This document shows, piece by piece, positions 62,385 to 64,000 of a stretch of 64,000 bases of DNA; position 1 is the stretch's first letter, and every line of letters starts with the position of its first letter. Origin of the DNA: Octopus bimaculoides (taxonomy: Eukaryota); assembly GCF_001194135.2 (NCBI RefSeq), contig NC_068983.1:109628032-109692031 (forward strand), written 5' to 3'. A program made the position numbers and the translations under genes. Below the pieces are notes generated by a model. It was given only the letters and a program-made list of their open reading frames with translations. It did no database searches and was not told where the DNA came from.

Positions 62385-64000
62385 CTGATAAAGACATAAT
62401 TCTAGATAATATAAAAAATGTAACAGCATTGTTTTAATATAAAGATAAATGAACACATGAAATCTAATGTCTTTCAAACAACACAGGATGAGTTTCTAAT
62501 TTTGGTTATCTTAAGCTAATGTTTTGTCAGCAACTTAGTGAAATGATAAAGCATGGAAGTTGCTCATGCAAATGATAAATTACTGTTTCTTCTTCTCAAG
62601 TGATTTCTACAAAGAAGTGAAGTAAACCTAGCTACCAAAATGTGTGTACTAATTATGCTAACTTCTTTGTAAGCAATATTGTGACTCAAATTTTCACCTA
62701 GTTTACAAGTTGATCCCTGAACAATACAGCAGCTACATCAATGTGAATATCAGTTCCACCTCACTCACTAGAGAAGAACTCATTCTTTTCATGAATTTTA
62801 AGTATTTCAACTCTGCACAGACACATAAACACACACACACACATATACATACACACAGACATACACACACACACACACACATACAGATATACATATACAC
62901 ATACATATATACGCATACATCTACATGCACCCCCCACACACACATGCATGCACACACACACACACACACAGTTACCTGTACAGTTATGCTTCAGTCTGAT
63001 TACTTAATAATTTAAAAACATTGAATATCACTCATATATATTAAAATACAGGTTCTTATCAACTAAGGCTGAAATGTGAGTATAATAAATTTTACTCAGG
63101 ATAGCCCAGTTGTTTATTCTTATATTCTCTTTTATTTTCACTTTCATTCTTATACATGCTTCCCTTAAATCAAAATATCACCATAGTTAACTCTTCACAA
63201 CATATCTTCATTGCAAGAGAATTTACCCACCATAAGATGTAAAACAAGAATTAAAATTATTCAGACCAATGTCTCCAGAGATACCATTGTGAGTGATAAA
63301 GTAAAACTTGAGTTGTAATCTCACCCATTCATGTAATTTTCAAAATAGCTTGAATTTTCACAGGTACGATTAGTCTCAATTAAAACAGCAAAATGAAAAT
63401 AATGATACTTACATACAAGTCTGCCTGAACACCATTATAGACTCCCAAGTAAAGCAATGCACTGAAGCCCATACATGCACAACCACATAAAACCAATTTG
63501 TATAAACATAATTATGGAAAATAAGTAGAAGTTTTAAAACAACCCCAAAAGCAGAAATTTTAAAAAGCCTATTCTTATTCAACTTCATAACATGCAAAGA
63601 CAGATCTTTTCAGATAGTGTTATTTTTGATAACTCTCCTCAATTCGAAGGTCTGTCAGTATCTTATATTTTGTAGTCTAAGAGTGAAAGCACAAATGTTT
63701 TTCCAGAACTTGGAATACCCCGATTAGGATAGCTACCAAAGTGTTATGTCCTATGCCATGCACACACACTATGCACAGGCCCCCACCTCAAATATCAGCA
63801 AAAGTACTTTTGATGTTTCCAGAACCCACCCATCTATCAGTCACAACAATAAAAATTCAAATTGTTTTCATCATCATCATCATCATCATCATCATCGTTT
63901 AATGTTCGCTTTCCATGCTTGCATGGGTTGGATGATTTGACTGAGGACTGCTGAACCGGATGGCTGCACCAGGCTCCAATCTGATCTGGTAGAGTTTCTA

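Noticed and set aside
2144-63015. Many ORF-track entries rich in YI, CV, HT or X
   Set aside because: They are translations of (TA)n, (TG)n, (CA)n microsatellites and N gaps.

Overview
AT-rich, microsatellite-saturated animal genomic DNA from a draft assembly, with three N gaps, each next to a TA microsatellite. The SINE/LINE/mariner repeat landscape looks like a coleoid cephalopod, probably Octopus (inference from recall, not a database result). Most of the window is intron or intergenic sequence holding decayed transposons: a DD37D/maT element with both TIRs, mariner fragments, Helitron fragments, CR1-, RTE- and R4/Dong-like LINE pieces, and many tRNA-derived SINEs. I recognise no named gene. 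A phase-consistent chain of + strand exon candidates (8220-8451, 14866-14936, 16440-16580, possibly 29475-29606 and 30973-31089) encodes a protein I cannot identify. Weaker exon candidates lie on the - strand. The most striking structures are a foldback element with a hammerhead-ribozyme motif on each arm (21.7-22.8 kb), a perfect 72-bp hairpin, a perfect 67-bp inverted copy inserted into a SINE, a direct+inverted triplet repeat at 56-57 kb, and a head-to-tail SINE array in (AAT)n. Almost all ORF-track entries are microsatellite, gap or transposon artefacts. Transposon boundaries are approximate.
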